Source: Planctomycetota bacterium
GTDB taxonomy: Bacteria > Planctomycetota > GCA-002687715 > CAIWVZ01
Assembly: GCA_044222185.1 (NCBI GenBank)
Contig: JBGANV010000008.1
Coordinates: 32,001 to 96,000 of the forward strand
Length of the DNA: 64,000 nt
Direction of reading: 5' to 3'
The notes under the pieces are model-generated. The model saw only the letters and a list, made by a program, of their open reading frames with translations, did no database searches and had not been told where the DNA came from. This document shows positions 17,943 through 28,598 of this stretch, piece by piece. The position numbers and the translations under genes are program-made. Every line of letters begins with the position of its first letter. Position 1 is the stretch's first letter.

Positions 17943-18727
17943 GCGCCCTCGCTTTCGTCTTGCTCGCCGCGAACGGCGGTGACGGGGCCGATGCAGCGCG
18001 TCGCGCCTACGCCGACGGTCGCTTCGCCGACGCGGCAAAGGCGTTCGCCGCTGCGGAATCAGCGGCCGGCGATGGGGCGTCGCCCGAACTGCTGTTCAAC
18101 CACGCGCTCGCAGCACTGCGTGCCGAGCACCTGACGGAAGCGGAGGCCGCGGCAGAGAAGGCGGCCGCCCGCGGCGGGCCAGAGTTCGCGGGCCTCTCGG
18201 ACTTCATCGCGGGCAGCACGGCGTTCGCACGCTGCTTGAAGGCCGAGTACGGCGCGGACATGCCGGAAGCGGGGCCCTCCGAGATGGACACGGCGATCGC
18301 CTACGCTGATTCGGCACGCAAGAGCTGGGAGCGCGCCGCCACGAGCCGCACCGACTGGCCCGAAGCGCGACGCAACGCCGAGCGCGCCCAGCGGAAACTC
18401 GAGTTGCTCCGGATGAAGAAATCGGAGGCCGACAAGAAGCGCGGCCCCGACAAGAAGCTCGGACAGAAACAGGTGAACCCACGCCCCGTGCCGACGCAAC
18501 CCGACCCCAACACGCCACGCGAAGACAAATCGGATCTCATGAAGCCTCCGACGCCGAAGGGCGACGGCTCGCGCAACGACGCGAAGACCGAGGCGCAGAC
18601 GACGGCGCTCTCGCCCATCCAGGTGAAGTCGCTCCTCGAACGTCTCGAAGCGAAGGAAAAGCAGAAGGTCGTCCTGCGTCGCGCCGAGCGTGACGCCCGC
18701 GCGACGTCCACGGAGCGCGACTGGTGA
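17918..18727 (+). CDS. batC: BatC-like TPR protein
   Basis: Signal-like N-terminus, TPR helices (LLFNHALAAL, ARRNAERA), charged low-complexity linker, terminal ERDW motif as in BatC. Confidence 0.78.
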   Translation: MDRPTHVLSALAFVLLAANGGDGADAARRAYADGRFADAAKAFAAAESAAGDGASPELLFNHALAALRAEHLTEAEAAAEKAAARGGPEFAGLSDFIAGSTAFARCLKAEYGADMPEAGPSEMDTAIAYADSARKSWERAATSRTDWPEARRNAERAQRKLELLRMKKSEADKKRGPDKKLGQKQVNPRPVPTQPDPNTPREDKSDLMKPPTPKGDGSRNDAKTEAQTTALSPIQVKSLLERLEAKEKQKVVLRRAERDARATSTERDW

Positions 18728-20193
18728 GACTGCTCGCGATCACGCTCGCCTGCTGCATGCTCCTCCGTGCGCAGGGCACCGGGACGGCACCCTCGGACGC
18801 CGCCGCACGCAGCGCGTTCGTCGAGACGATCGTCGAGCGCGACACGGTGTTCGTGCACGAGGTCGTGACGTTTCGGTTCCGCGTGGGAGTCGAACGGCGA
18901 TTCCTCGACGAGAACCTGATCCAGACGTTCCAACGACGGCTCGACGTCCCCGTTCGACTCGAGGTCGATGGGCTGGACCGGCTCGCGGGAACCGTGGCAC
19001 CGAAGGCGGCGGCCGAGCCAACGAACGGCGCACGCCAGACCTTGGCGTTCAACGGAGCCATCATCGAAGCGCTGCGAGAGGCCGACACGGCGATCGAAGG
19101 CCGCGCGTTCGTCGTGCTCTCGGTCCACCACCGAATCATCCCCACCGAACCCGGCGAGATCTCCGTTCCGGCGCCACGGTTGGCGTTCACGTCCGCGACG
19201 GCGTTCCGCGACGACTTCGTGAACGGCCGCACGCCGATCGATCAGAAGGAGAGCGTCGTCCACGGGCGCGCGGTCACCCTCCGGGCGCAGGCGTTGCCGA
19301 TCGATGGGCGCCCGCGGGGATTCGGGGGCGCCGTGGGGCAATTCACGCTCGATGCGAGCGCCGAGCCGAGCTCCGTGCGCGTGGGCGAGAGCGTGAGGCT
19401 TCGCGTCACGATTCACGGCGAGGGCAACCTGGGGTTCTTCGCGCCACCGGATCCGGCCGGTATCGCGGGCTTCCGGGCACTGGGACGGATCGACCACGAC
19501 CTGGCGGGGCGCTCGATGACGTTCGACCTCGCGCCGCTCTCGACCAGCGTGCACGAGATCCCGCCCTTGACCCTGCCGTTCTTCGAACCACGCGCGGCGG
19601 CGTATCGGACGGCGGCGACGTCGCCCATCCCGATCTCCGTTCTCCCCGGTGACGGTGGTGCGTCGGAGGTCGTGCGCACCGTCGACCCGTCGTCCCGCGC
19701 GATCCCCGGAGAGAGCGACATCTACGACATCAAGCCCGAGGGGCCTGCGGCGACCGACGGCGCGCGCCTCGTGACGCCGGTCAGCGTATCCGTCGTGTTC
19801 TGCGCACCCTGGCTCGCGATGCTCGGCGCGACGCTCGTCCGTCGTCGGCGCGCCGCCCTCGCCGCGGATCCCGTGGGCGCCGCGGCCCGCACCGCCGCCG
19901 TGCGATTCGAGGAGACCATGGCGGACGCGAGTGCGGATGCGACGCTGGCGTTCACCGTGTTTCTCGGGGCTCACCTGCGGTGCACGCCGTCGGCAGTGGT
20001 GTCTCCCGACCTTGCCGCACGTCTGCGCGAGGCGGGTGCCGACGCCGGACTGGCGACGGAGACCGCGTCGTTCCTCGATCGTGCGATCGCCGCAGGATAC
20101 GGAGGCCGTGCGGTGCCCGACGCCGCAGCCCAGGCGCGCCGTCTCGTGGCGCGGCTCCAGCCCGCGCTCTCGCGCCGGGAGGATTCGGCATGA
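18724..20193 (+). CDS. batD: BatD-like protein
   Basis: Signal peptide, LPxxGRPxGFGGAVGQFTL, VRVGESVRLRVTIHGEGNL, FFEP motifs, late TM; operon position. Confidence 0.85.
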   Translation: MRLLAITLACCMLLRAQGTGTAPSDAAARSAFVETIVERDTVFVHEVVTFRFRVGVERRFLDENLIQTFQRRLDVPVRLEVDGLDRLAGTVAPKAAAEPTNGARQTLAFNGAIIEALREADTAIEGRAFVVLSVHHRIIPTEPGEISVPAPRLAFTSATAFRDDFVNGRTPIDQKESVVHGRAVTLRAQALPIDGRPRGFGGAVGQFTLDASAEPSSVRVGESVRLRVTIHGEGNLGFFAPPDPAGIAGFRALGRIDHDLAGRSMTFDLAPLSTSVHEIPPLTLPFFEPRAAAYRTAATSPIPISVLPGDGGASEVVRTVDPSSRAIPGESDIYDIKPEGPAATDGARLVTPVSVSVVFCAPWLAMLGATLVRRRRAALAADPVGAAARTAAVRFEETMADASADATLAFTVFLGAHLRCTPSAVVSPDLAARLREAGADAGLATETASFLDRAIAAGYGGRAVPDAAAQARRLVARLQPALSRREDSA

Positions 20194-20885
20194 TCCTGCT
20201 TCCTCTGGCCCTCGTGCTCGCGCTCGCGGGACCCGGTGACGCGGAACGCGCCTGGGAGGCCGGTCGCTTCGAAGAGGCGTTCGCGTTGTTTCACGCGAGG
20301 CTGGACGCGGGCCAATCCGAGCCGGGCCCGACCCTCTTCAACCTGGGCAACTGCGCCTACCGCCTCGGGCGCCACGCGGAGGCCGTGTTGTGGTTTCGCC
20401 GCGCGGCGCTCCGGCTGCCTGACGATCCGCAGGTCGCATTCAATCTGCGGCTCGCGCAGCGCCACCTGGGGCTGAAGGGCGACGACGTGGCGCCGGAGAC
20501 GGGATTCGCACGCGAACTCCGTCGCGTCACGGCATTCCAATGGCTCGTGATCCTCGGCTCTGCGCACGCCGTGGGCGTGGTCGGGCTGTTTCTGTCCGGC
20601 CGACGGCGGGGCCTTCGGATCGCCGCTGGACTGTTGCTCGCGTCCGCACTCGCGGGCGCCGTGCCCTGGGCGCGCTCCCATTTCGATCCCGACCCGCCGG
20701 GCGGCGTCGTGCTCGCAGGTGAGGCGGTGCTGCGACGCGAGCCGCACCCCGACCAACCCGTGGTGACCCGTGTCAGGGCAGGCGACAGCGTCCGGGTCCT
20801 CGAACGATCCGCTCGCTGGCTTCGCGTCGCGCACTCATCCGGCGAGGGCTGGACGGAACAGAACGGGATCGGATTGGTGGAATGA
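20190..20885 (+). CDS. batE: BatE-like TPR + SH3 protein
   Basis: LFNLGNCAYRLG..AVLWFRRA..P.DPQVAFNL TPR, two TMs, C-terminal SH3b-like GDSVRVLERSARWLRV..GEGW. Confidence 0.85.
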   Translation: MILLPLALVLALAGPGDAERAWEAGRFEEAFALFHARLDAGQSEPGPTLFNLGNCAYRLGRHAEAVLWFRRAALRLPDDPQVAFNLRLAQRHLGLKGDDVAPETGFARELRRVTAFQWLVILGSAHAVGVVGLFLSGRRRGLRIAAGLLLASALAGAVPWARSHFDPDPPGGVVLAGEAVLRREPHPDQPVVTRVRAGDSVRVLERSARWLRVAHSSGEGWTEQNGIGLVE

Positions 20886-22015
20886 CTCGAACAGAATCCG
20901 CCGACCTCTCGGTCGTCGTCGTCAACTACAACTCGTCGCGCTTCCTCCTGGGGCTGATCGACTCGCTGCTTGCGCATCCGATCACGTACCGCGGCACCGC
21001 GCTGGACGTCGAGATGATCGTCGTCGACAACGCGTCCCGGGCCGACGATCGACTGGTCCTCGAGTCGCTGGCGAATCCGAGGGTCCGCGTGATCTTCAAC
21101 GACGAGAACGTGGGCTACGCTCGCGCCAACAACCAGGGCTTCGAGGCGGCGTCGGGGCGCTGGCACGTGGTGTCGAATCCCGACGTTCTCGTGCGGGCCG
21201 GCTGCATCCAAGCGCTGATCGACACCATCGAGACGATCGATGGGGCGGCACTCGTCGGACCCATGGCGTCACCGGATCCAGGCATGACGCTGCTCATGCC
21301 GCCGAACGAGATGCCCGATCCGTTCCTCGAGGCCGCCGACGCAGTCGCCACGGGATCCCTCGCCGTCGCTCGTTGGCGCGCGCGTCATCGATCGCTGCGG
21401 GCGTTTCGATATTGGAGTGCGACCGAGCCCATTCCCTGGGTCGCGCTCAGTGGGTGCTTCTTCCTCGGACGCCGGACGACGATCCTCGAGCACGGCCTCT
21501 TCGACCCCGACTACCCGCTCTACTACGAAGACATGGATCTGTTCCGCCGCTACGGCGAATCCGGTCTGGGTCTGTGGCACGTACCCTCGGCGCGCATCGT
21601 CCACTTCTGGTCGCGTTCGGCCGATACGGATCCCGCCGTCGCGCAGGAGCGCAATCGTCGTGGTGCCGAGCGCTACTTCGAGAAGTTCTTCGGCCCTCCG
21701 GGGCTGAGGGTCCACCGCACGGCTCGCGCCGCGACGGCCGCAGCCGCCGGTGACACGCGTTGTCCGTTCGACGTCGTCGAACTCGGCCCCCAGTCCGCTC
21801 CGCCGACGCTCCAACTGCCCGTTGGCGAGACCGTCTTCCTCGAACTGGCATCGAACTCCCGCTTCTTCTTCTCCGTTGGGGTGATTCCCAGCGGCCCCAC
21901 GTGGACACCCGACCGCGCGTTCTGGGATTTCCTCCCCGGCCTGGCGCTGTGGTGCCGCGCGATCTCGCCCGTGACCGGCGACACGCTCATCGCGTGGCGT
22001 TTCACGAAGGCGTGA
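20882..22015 (+). CDS. GT2 family glycosyltransferase with C-terminal extension
   Basis: LSVVVVNYNS, VVDNAS, NVGYARANNQG, NPD, FDPDYPLYYEDMDL. Confidence 0.9.
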   Translation: MTRTESADLSVVVVNYNSSRFLLGLIDSLLAHPITYRGTALDVEMIVVDNASRADDRLVLESLANPRVRVIFNDENVGYARANNQGFEAASGRWHVVSNPDVLVRAGCIQALIDTIETIDGAALVGPMASPDPGMTLLMPPNEMPDPFLEAADAVATGSLAVARWRARHRSLRAFRYWSATEPIPWVALSGCFFLGRRTTILEHGLFDPDYPLYYEDMDLFRRYGESGLGLWHVPSARIVHFWSRSADTDPAVAQERNRRGAERYFEKFFGPPGLRVHRTARAATAAAAGDTRCPFDVVELGPQSAPPTLQLPVGETVFLELASNSRFFFSVGVIPSGPTWTPDRAFWDFLPGLALWCRAISPVTGDTLIAWRFTKA

Positions 22016-22203
22016 CGGGACGGCGAGTCCGGTCGACTGCTCGAGTTGCGGCGCCCGGGGTTTTGCACACCGACCCAGCCGTCAGGCGACGAACATTTCC
22101 ACCCCTACCGCGCGATGGTGGCTACTCGTCAGCAACGTTCCGCAGGCTTTGGCGCGACGGCCACCGGACTCAGCAAGAGCGTCGCACGAGCATGTCCTGG
22201 CGC

Positions 22204-22719
22204 CTAGTCGTAGCCGATGACGGCCACCGTGATCTCCGCCGCGGATCGGTTCAGCGACATGCACTCCCAGAACAACACCCAGACGTAGGCCCACTCGACG
22301 AAGGCGTCCGCGTCTTCAGGAGCGTCGAGTACGAACAGCTGTGTCGCTCCGCCGGACAGCGATTCGAGCCATCCATCGATCGGGCTTCGCTGATGAGCCG
22401 GGAGCTCGGTGACGAACCTCGGATCGGCCAGAACCACCTCGACGCGGGACCGCAATTGCGGCAGGTCGACTGCGACGAGCCACTTCGAGTCCATCCGCGA
22501 CTTCCGGAACGGACCGTGTTCGTTCGGGGCGTCTCCCCAGTCGTCCGGCCGGCAGAACGACACTCCATAGATCGAGCTCTGCAAGAACTCACGCAGGATC
22601 GTGTCGCAGGGAATGTCGCGAGGATCGGCGCCCTCGATGGCGAACACCGATCGGTCGAACCAACCGAAGTCCCACAGCTTGGACGTCTGTCGATCGATGA
22701 GTCGGAAGTTCATCAGCAT
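22204..22719 (-). CDS. Hypothetical protein
   Basis: AGGAG RBS upstream; 171-aa ORF with natural composition (W/F/D-rich) filling the gap between convergent GT genes. Confidence 0.7.
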   Translation of the reverse strand: MLMNFRLIDRQTSKLWDFGWFDRSVFAIEGADPRDIPCDTILREFLQSSIYGVSFCRPDDWGDAPNEHGPFRKSRMDSKWLVAVDLPQLRSRVEVVLADPRFVTELPAHQRSPIDGWLESLSGGATQLFVLDAPEDADAFVEWAYVWVLFWECMSLNRSAAEITVAVIGYD

Positions 22720-22779
22720 CGTGCTCCTGACACTCTCACGTGATCGGGGTCACGTCCGAGGGCGTCGCCGGGCGGACGA

Positions 22780-23730
22780 TCACCCCCGAATCAACCCCAC
22801 GGCCATCCGCAGGAGGCCGCGCGAGTGATTCCACCACGCGGAGACCGTGGGCAGGTTCTTCCGAGCGCGGAGGCACTCGCGGACGGTGACGTGAAGGAGG
22901 GCCGCACCCGTGAAGAGGCGACCGAGGAATCCGTGGTGCTTGCGGAAGTACCAGATGCGGTTCTTGTGCCACTCCAGGGCCATCATCCGGAATTTGCCGA
23001 CGGAGCTGCTTTCGCGGTGGAACACACCGGGCGCCTCCACGTGCCAGATGGAGAAGCCAGCCTGGCGGATGCGGAGCGCCCAATCCACGTCGTTGAAGAA
23101 CAGCCAGAGCTTCTCGTCCATCGGACCGACGCGGTCGATGACCTCGCGACGAACGAGGAAGCAGGTGCCGGGAGGCTGGTCGACCTCCCGCGTGCCCATG
23201 TGATCCCAGTCCTTCATCTCGTAACGACGAAGCACGCCCGCATCGGGGAACCAACGGTGCGGCGGCAGGTCCCAGAACGCCACGAGCCCGAGCGTCGGAA
23301 ACCGCTTGCAGCCGCACTGGCGGGACCCGTCGGGATTCAACAGCGGCGGCGCGACGGCGCCCGCCGTCGGATGAGCATCGAGAAATGCACAGAGCGCCTC
23401 GAACGTCCCGGGGCGAACGCGCGTATCCGACCCGAGGAGGCAGACACGCCGACCCGTGGAGCGCGCGATACCCTGGTTGACGCCCGGCGCATATCCGCGG
23501 TTTTCGGCGTTGCGCACCAGGACGACCTCGGGGAACTCCGCCGCGATCAGATCCGGGCTCCCGTCCTCGGACGCGTTGTCGATGACGACGATCTCGGTGC
23601 GCAAGCCGTCGGACGCGCCCCGCAGCGCCGTGAGGCATTCACGCACCAACTCCTTCGTGTTCCACGACAGGATCACGATCGAGAGATCGGCCGCGGATCC
23701 GCCGGAAGCCGGCGACGGTGAATCAGCCAT
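22780..23730 (-). CDS. GT2 family glycosyltransferase (WbbL-like)
   Basis: LSIVILSWNT, VIDNASEDGS, NRGYAPGVNQG, MDEKLWLFFNDVDW. Confidence 0.92.
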   Translation of the reverse strand: MADSPSPASGGSAADLSIVILSWNTKELVRECLTALRGASDGLRTEIVVIDNASEDGSPDLIAAEFPEVVLVRNAENRGYAPGVNQGIARSTGRRVCLLGSDTRVRPGTFEALCAFLDAHPTAGAVAPPLLNPDGSRQCGCKRFPTLGLVAFWDLPPHRWFPDAGVLRRYEMKDWDHMGTREVDQPPGTCFLVRREVIDRVGPMDEKLWLFFNDVDWALRIRQAGFSIWHVEAPGVFHRESSSVGKFRMMALEWHKNRIWYFRKHHGFLGRLFTGAALLHVTVRECLRARKNLPTVSAWWNHSRGLLRMAVGLIRG

Positions 23731-24967
23731 GGGCGAGCACCCGCTCGTACATGCGTTCGATGTCGGCCGAATGGGTCTCGAGCGCGTACTGCCGCGGCGC
23801 CGGTGCCGCGCGCAACCTCGCCAGGATCGTGGGATCGTCCATCATCCCCTGGATCACGTCAGCCCATGCCCTCACGTCGCCCGCCGGCACGACCACCCCG
23901 CGTCCCAAGACGCGCTCCGGCGGGGCGCCGCGATCGGAGACGAGGACGGGAAGGCCGAGCTGGATCGCCTCGTCGACGACGAGTCCATGAGTCTCCATGT
24001 AGTACGACGGGAAGGCCGCCACGTCGTGATTCCAGAACGTGCGCACGAGATCGTCGCGGTTGAAACGACCGTGAAAGACGGGCGCGGATCGCGTCGCGCT
24101 GGCGATCAGCGCGTCGCGATACCCGGGGTCGTGGATCGTTCCGAAATGATGCAGTTCGACGCGCTCGGCGTCGCGCACTCGCTGGCATGCGTCGACGAGC
24201 AGCGCGAACCCCTTGCCTGGATCGAGACCGCCCCACGAGACGATGCGAAACTTCGTGTCGTTTCGAGGTGATGGGTTTCGGGGCTCGACCCCAAGGGAGG
24301 GCGCCGGGTACGGGACGACGTCCAGCGCGACGTCGTGGAAGAGCGGAATCTCGCGCATGTAACGGGCCTGCGCATTCGAGAGGACGATCACGGCGCGCGC
24401 CGCCGCGAGTTCCGCGCGCATGGCCGCTCGCCGACGGATGAACGCGGGCCGCACCATGGCCTCCGGCGCACCGAAGGCCTCCACGAGGCACTGCACGCAG
24501 ACGTCGGTTTCCACCGAGGGAGCGCACGGCGTCCGCAGATCGGGGAGCCGGAAGAAGCGCGGGCAGGTGACGTGGAAGTCGGACAGCGTGGCGACGACGG
24601 GAACGCCCCTCGCCGCGAGCGTCCGAACGAGGTCCGTCGAGAGGTTGTGCCAATGGTGGACGTGCGCGACGTCCCACGAACTCTCGTCGAGGATCTTGGC
24701 GATGGCCGCCAGGGTCGGTGCGCACGATTGATCGGCGTCACGGACGCGCCAGTTCGCGGGAAGCCGGATGACGGTGAGCCCGTCGCCGGACTCGACGACG
24801 GGGTCGCGGGTCTCCGTCTCGCGTTCGGACCCGCACACGACGACGGCGCGCCATCCCGCGGCGCACTGCGCGCGAGCGAGGTCGCGAACGTAGAGCTCGG
24901 TCCCCCCGTGTGACTCCGGGGGAAACACGTGCACGAAGTGCAGCACCGAGCGCCGTGGGACCGACAT
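23723..24967 (-). CDS. GT4 family glycosyltransferase
   Basis: FPPESHGGTELY, HVHHW, KGFALL, PSYYMETHGLVVDEAIQLGLPVLVSDRG (E-x7-E motif). Confidence 0.92.
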   Translation of the reverse strand: MSVPRRSVLHFVHVFPPESHGGTELYVRDLARAQCAAGWRAVVVCGSERETETRDPVVESGDGLTVIRLPANWRVRDADQSCAPTLAAIAKILDESSWDVAHVHHWHNLSTDLVRTLAARGVPVVATLSDFHVTCPRFFRLPDLRTPCAPSVETDVCVQCLVEAFGAPEAMVRPAFIRRRAAMRAELAAARAVIVLSNAQARYMREIPLFHDVALDVVPYPAPSLGVEPRNPSPRNDTKFRIVSWGGLDPGKGFALLVDACQRVRDAERVELHHFGTIHDPGYRDALIASATRSAPVFHGRFNRDDLVRTFWNHDVAAFPSYYMETHGLVVDEAIQLGLPVLVSDRGAPPERVLGRGVVVPAGDVRAWADVIQGMMDDPTILARLRAAPAPRQYALETHSADIERMYERVLAHG

Positions 24968-25242
24968 GCGGGCCCGGTTTTACCAGATCGCATCGGCCAG
25001 CATCGGGGGACACCAGGGGTGGCGGGCTCGCGGTCGAGCAAGCGGCGGAGGCACGCGATTGGGAGGATCGACGCGTTCAGCGGAAGTCGGGGGCAGGTGC
25101 GAGCCGGCCCTGGAAGCCGCGCGGGAGGACGTTCATTCGACGGATCGGTGGGAGGGTCAGGGACTCGTCCCGGCTCCAGGCAGGCCGGCGCCTGCCGATC
25201 CAGCCGCGCGGAGCGCGGTGCTCCGCGCTGCAGCGCTCCGAC

Positions 25243-27219
25243 TCAGGCCCCCGGCACCAGAGCGAATGCCTGCAAATCGTCGAACGACGTCGTGGCGTCG
25301 GCCTTCGACCACAGACCCACCTTGCCCGCGCCGATGAAGGTGCTGTCGGTGACGTCCAGCGCGACCGCGCCGTCGAAGCCGACGAGAATCCGCGTGCCTT
25401 GGTGCGTCACCGTGATCTCGTGCCACGTGCCGGAATGGGCCTTCACCTCGGCCGTCTGAAAGAACGTGCGGATTCCCGCTTCGACCTTGTAGACACGCAG
25501 GTTCGACTCCAGAGGATTCCACCGTGCGACGTAGTAGTTGTTCGCGTCCTTCGCGCGCCAGACGACTCCGCCGCCGCGATCCTCCGTTCCGCCGTCGGCT
25601 CGGATGCGCACGCGCAGGCGCACGTCCGCGGGGCACGCGGTGTCACACAAGAGGAGATTGAACGTGCTGCCGGCGTTGCGGCTCTCGGCGATCCGAACGA
25701 TGTGATGCCCCTCGGGCGCGTCCGCCGCGGCGTCCACGCGCCAGGTCGCGGGGGTGCCCTTCCCCGCCGTCTCCGCGATCGTCCACCCGCTCGGCGCGCC
25801 GCCGGGCGCGGACGACTCGAAACCGTCCGTCACGACGACCTTGCCCAGGGGCGTCTGACTCGACGGCGCGGCGCCGGCGACGGGCGCTGAGCTCTTCGCT
25901 GGCGGCGTCGCGGCGAGGGGTGGCTGCGGGTCGGGATCCGCCGCCACGTCCGCGAGTCCGTAGCCAGGAGTGCGAGCCACCATGAACACGTGGAAGCTGA
26001 ACCCGCCGCCGACGAGTTCGTCGGTCGAATTGCGTCCATCGAGCTCGACGGCGGCGAGCCAGTGTCCGCCGCCAAAATCGGTGTGAATCGTCTCGACGTG
26101 CCACGGCTCGCCCGGGCGCGCGGTGAGGAGCTGCACCTTCTTCGAATAGCCGAACACGGCCACCGTCTCCGTGCGCGGATCCGAATCGAAATTGCCGGCC
26201 GCGAGCCCGCGCGGTCCCGTGGGGCCGGCGTAGATCATGTCGCGCATCCACGTGCCATCGGGCCGCTCGGCGAAACGCAGGATGAGGCCGTCCGTGCGTG
26301 CGACGTAGACGACCTCGGGCTCCGCGCCACCGCCTTCGACGCCACCGGGGCCCGTTCGCTTCGCCGTCGGCTTCCGCGCGATCCGCGCGATCGACATGGG
26401 CTCGGAGCACAGCGGCTTGCGATCGAATCCCTTCTCGGTCCGGGTGACGAGCGCCACCTCGCCCGTCTGCAAGAGCGCCGCGACGCGCGGGGGCTTGCGC
26501 GAATCCCCAGGCAGAAGGACGGCGTCACGACAGCGCGAGCCCAGGTCTCCGATCTGCTCGAACACGAAACCCTGGTCCTTCGCGTCCACGCGAATCTCGT
26601 AGATCGGCCCGTTGTTCGTGAGCGCGATCATCTCGTTGCCGGGGTGAGCACCATTCACGTCGCCGACGATGAACTTGGAGAGCGAGGCGTCGGGAATCGT
26701 CCCGACCATCACCGTGGACCAGCCTTTGCGGCCCTGGTGGACGACCTGGTAGACGTTGCCGCTCCCGCCGCCCACGTAGACCTCCGTCCCCTCGACGCGC
26801 GGATCGACGTCGCCGTGCGCCCACGCGCTGCACGAGCGGCCGTCCTCGACGACGACCGTCGAGCTCCACTTCCCGCTATCCGATTGCAGGATGATGCACC
26901 GCCCCTTCTCGTCGAGGACCACGACCTGCGGCGAACCGTAGTAATTCGTCAGCATGCCGCCGCCGAGCGCATGAAGCCGCCAGCAGTCCGTCGTGAAGAG
27001 GTGGAACGCGTCCCAGCCGGGCGCGCTGCCGGACAGCCGGATCTCGCCCTTGCTCGGATCGTCCTGCGGCAGCAGCGAGGGATCGCTCGAGCATGCCCAG
27101 CGTTCGGGCGATGTTCGAGGCGCCTTGGTTTCGGGATCGCTCCCCGAGTTCTGCGCCATGGCCATGGTCGACGCTGCCGCAAGGCACGCGAGAAGAGGGA
27201 TCCAGGATCGCTTGCACAT
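25243..27219 (-). CDS. Secreted FG-GAP-like beta-propeller fused to a C-terminal concanavalin/DUF1080-like domain
   Basis: Signal peptide ending AMA-Q; repeats GDVDP..E, GDVNG..EM, GNFDS..ET, ELDG..DEL; Pro/Ala linker; C-terminal GGGVVWRAKDANNYY..WHEITV..GKVGLW..FDDL. Confidence 0.8.
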   Translation of the reverse strand: MCKRSWIPLLACLAAASTMAMAQNSGSDPETKAPRTSPERWACSSDPSLLPQDDPSKGEIRLSGSAPGWDAFHLFTTDCWRLHALGGGMLTNYYGSPQVVVLDEKGRCIILQSDSGKWSSTVVVEDGRSCSAWAHGDVDPRVEGTEVYVGGGSGNVYQVVHQGRKGWSTVMVGTIPDASLSKFIVGDVNGAHPGNEMIALTNNGPIYEIRVDAKDQGFVFEQIGDLGSRCRDAVLLPGDSRKPPRVAALLQTGEVALVTRTEKGFDRKPLCSEPMSIARIARKPTAKRTGPGGVEGGGAEPEVVYVARTDGLILRFAERPDGTWMRDMIYAGPTGPRGLAAGNFDSDPRTETVAVFGYSKKVQLLTARPGEPWHVETIHTDFGGGHWLAAVELDGRNSTDELVGGGFSFHVFMVARTPGYGLADVAADPDPQPPLAATPPAKSSAPVAGAAPSSQTPLGKVVVTDGFESSAPGGAPSGWTIAETAGKGTPATWRVDAAADAPEGHHIVRIAESRNAGSTFNLLLCDTACPADVRLRVRIRADGGTEDRGGGVVWRAKDANNYYVARWNPLESNLRVYKVEAGIRTFFQTAEVKAHSGTWHEITVTHQGTRILVGFDGAVALDVTDSTFIGAGKVGLWSKADATTSFDDLQAFALVPGA

Positions 27220-27827
27220 GTTTGCGAATCTCCCGTCGCGGGGGCGACGATCGAGCGAGTGGTCGAGTGGAGGGAATGCTTGGAGTCGCGGACCGAGGTC
27301 CGATGGTCGTCACCTGGAGCGGTGGTGTGTGAAACACCTGATTCTCAGGCGCGCTTCGCGCGGACACGCGCGTCGCGTGACGTGGGAGACCCGATCGGCA
27401 CGAGCCATGTGGCAAGCAAGACTCGCGCCGCCGCGACACTGCGCGCGGGACGCGCTCGCAACGCGCCGCATCGCTGCGCGGATCCGACGGGAGTTTCACC
27501 ATCACTGGCGATGCGCGCGCCGCTCGCCTCCGCTCTCGTTCGACGGCGCTCTTCCGCCCCGGGCGTAGCGGCGTTCTCGTCATCGACGCGCGCCCGGATC
27601 GAACGTTGGTTACCGCCGAGTAACCGGCAGCGCGGCACCGTGACGGGGCATGGCGCCGTCGTTCTGCGAGCGACACGAGTTTGGCGCGAGATACAACCGA
27701 ATCCGCCGGCGGTGCAGCGCGGCATCAAGAGCGAGACGCAGCTCCCGTGTGCACGCCTCGCGATCCGCGCTCCGAGCCTGAGCGGATTGCCGGAACCGCC
27801 GTCGCGGCCTCGCAGATCCCTCGGCGA

Positions 27828-28598
27828 TCAGCGACCGTTCGTGACGGGAACCTTGATGACTGCGGGCACGATGCGGAGCACCTCGACCGCAGCACCCCGC
27901 GTCACGCGCACGCGGAGGATGTCGCCATCCACGTTCTTCTTCACGTGGAATTCCGGTTCGCCGATCGCCTGCGGCCCCCAGACACGCTCGACGGAGACGA
28001 TCACGCCGCTCGGGACGGCGCCGTGTGCGCAAGCCAGCACTCCGGCGGGCGCGTCCTCGGGGCGAATCTGCTCCTCTTCGCCGACCACCTCGCCGTCGGC
28101 CGTCGTGAGGATCTCCTTCGCGAGTGCATCGCGAACGACGTCCACCTCGAAGTAGGGAACGCCGCGGATCACCTGCACGCGCGCGCCGGTCACCTCGCTT
28201 CCTGGGGCCGAGTTCCTCGCGGTGACCAGGCAGACGGCAGGCACGTCTTCGATCCGGACGCTTCGAGTCGCCACGGCAACGGCGCCGGAGCCCACGTACT
28301 CGAGCTCGACCTTCCCGCCCGGTTGCGATGCGCGCGCCAGATCCATCGGCGAGGATCGCAGGGCATCCGCCCCCTGGCGTCCGGCGACGACCCCGAGGGC
28401 AAATGCGAAGCAGAGTGCCGCCAGCGCCATGAGCCCGCGGCGCGCGAAGCGCCGCCTGGCTCGCGGCAGAACTCTTGGTTCAGGCGATGGTCTCTCGCGC
28501 TCGCTCCGCCTGGGTCGCGCCGACGGTGCCGAGACCCTCCGGGTCGAGACGCCACCCGAGACCACCTGCGAGCCGCTGCCTGCGTCCTTGGATGACAC
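27828..28598 (-). CDS. Membrane-anchored or exported PepSY-like domain protein
   Basis: GAGGAG RBS before GTG 28598 (alternative ATG 28430); TM helix; two repeats IEDVPAV../PEDAPAGV.. with FEV and EI..ADGEVV patterns. Confidence 0.6.
   Translation of the reverse strand: MSSKDAGSGSQVVSGGVSTRRVSAPSARPRRSERERPSPEPRVLPRARRRFARRGLMALAALCFAFALGVVAGRQGADALRSSPMDLARASQPGGKVELEYVGSGAVAVATRSVRIEDVPAVCLVTARNSAPGSEVTGARVQVIRGVPYFEVDVVRDALAKEILTTADGEVVGEEEQIRPEDAPAGVLACAHGAVPSGVIVSVERVWGPQAIGEPEFHVKKNVDGDILRVRVTRGAAVEVLRIVPAVIKVPVTNGR

Noticed and set aside
25170-25240. GC hairpins after the 25243 stop codon as an intrinsic terminator
   Set aside because: Stems exist (GCGCGGAGC/GCTCCGCGC) but there is no U-tract, and such stems arise often at this GC content.
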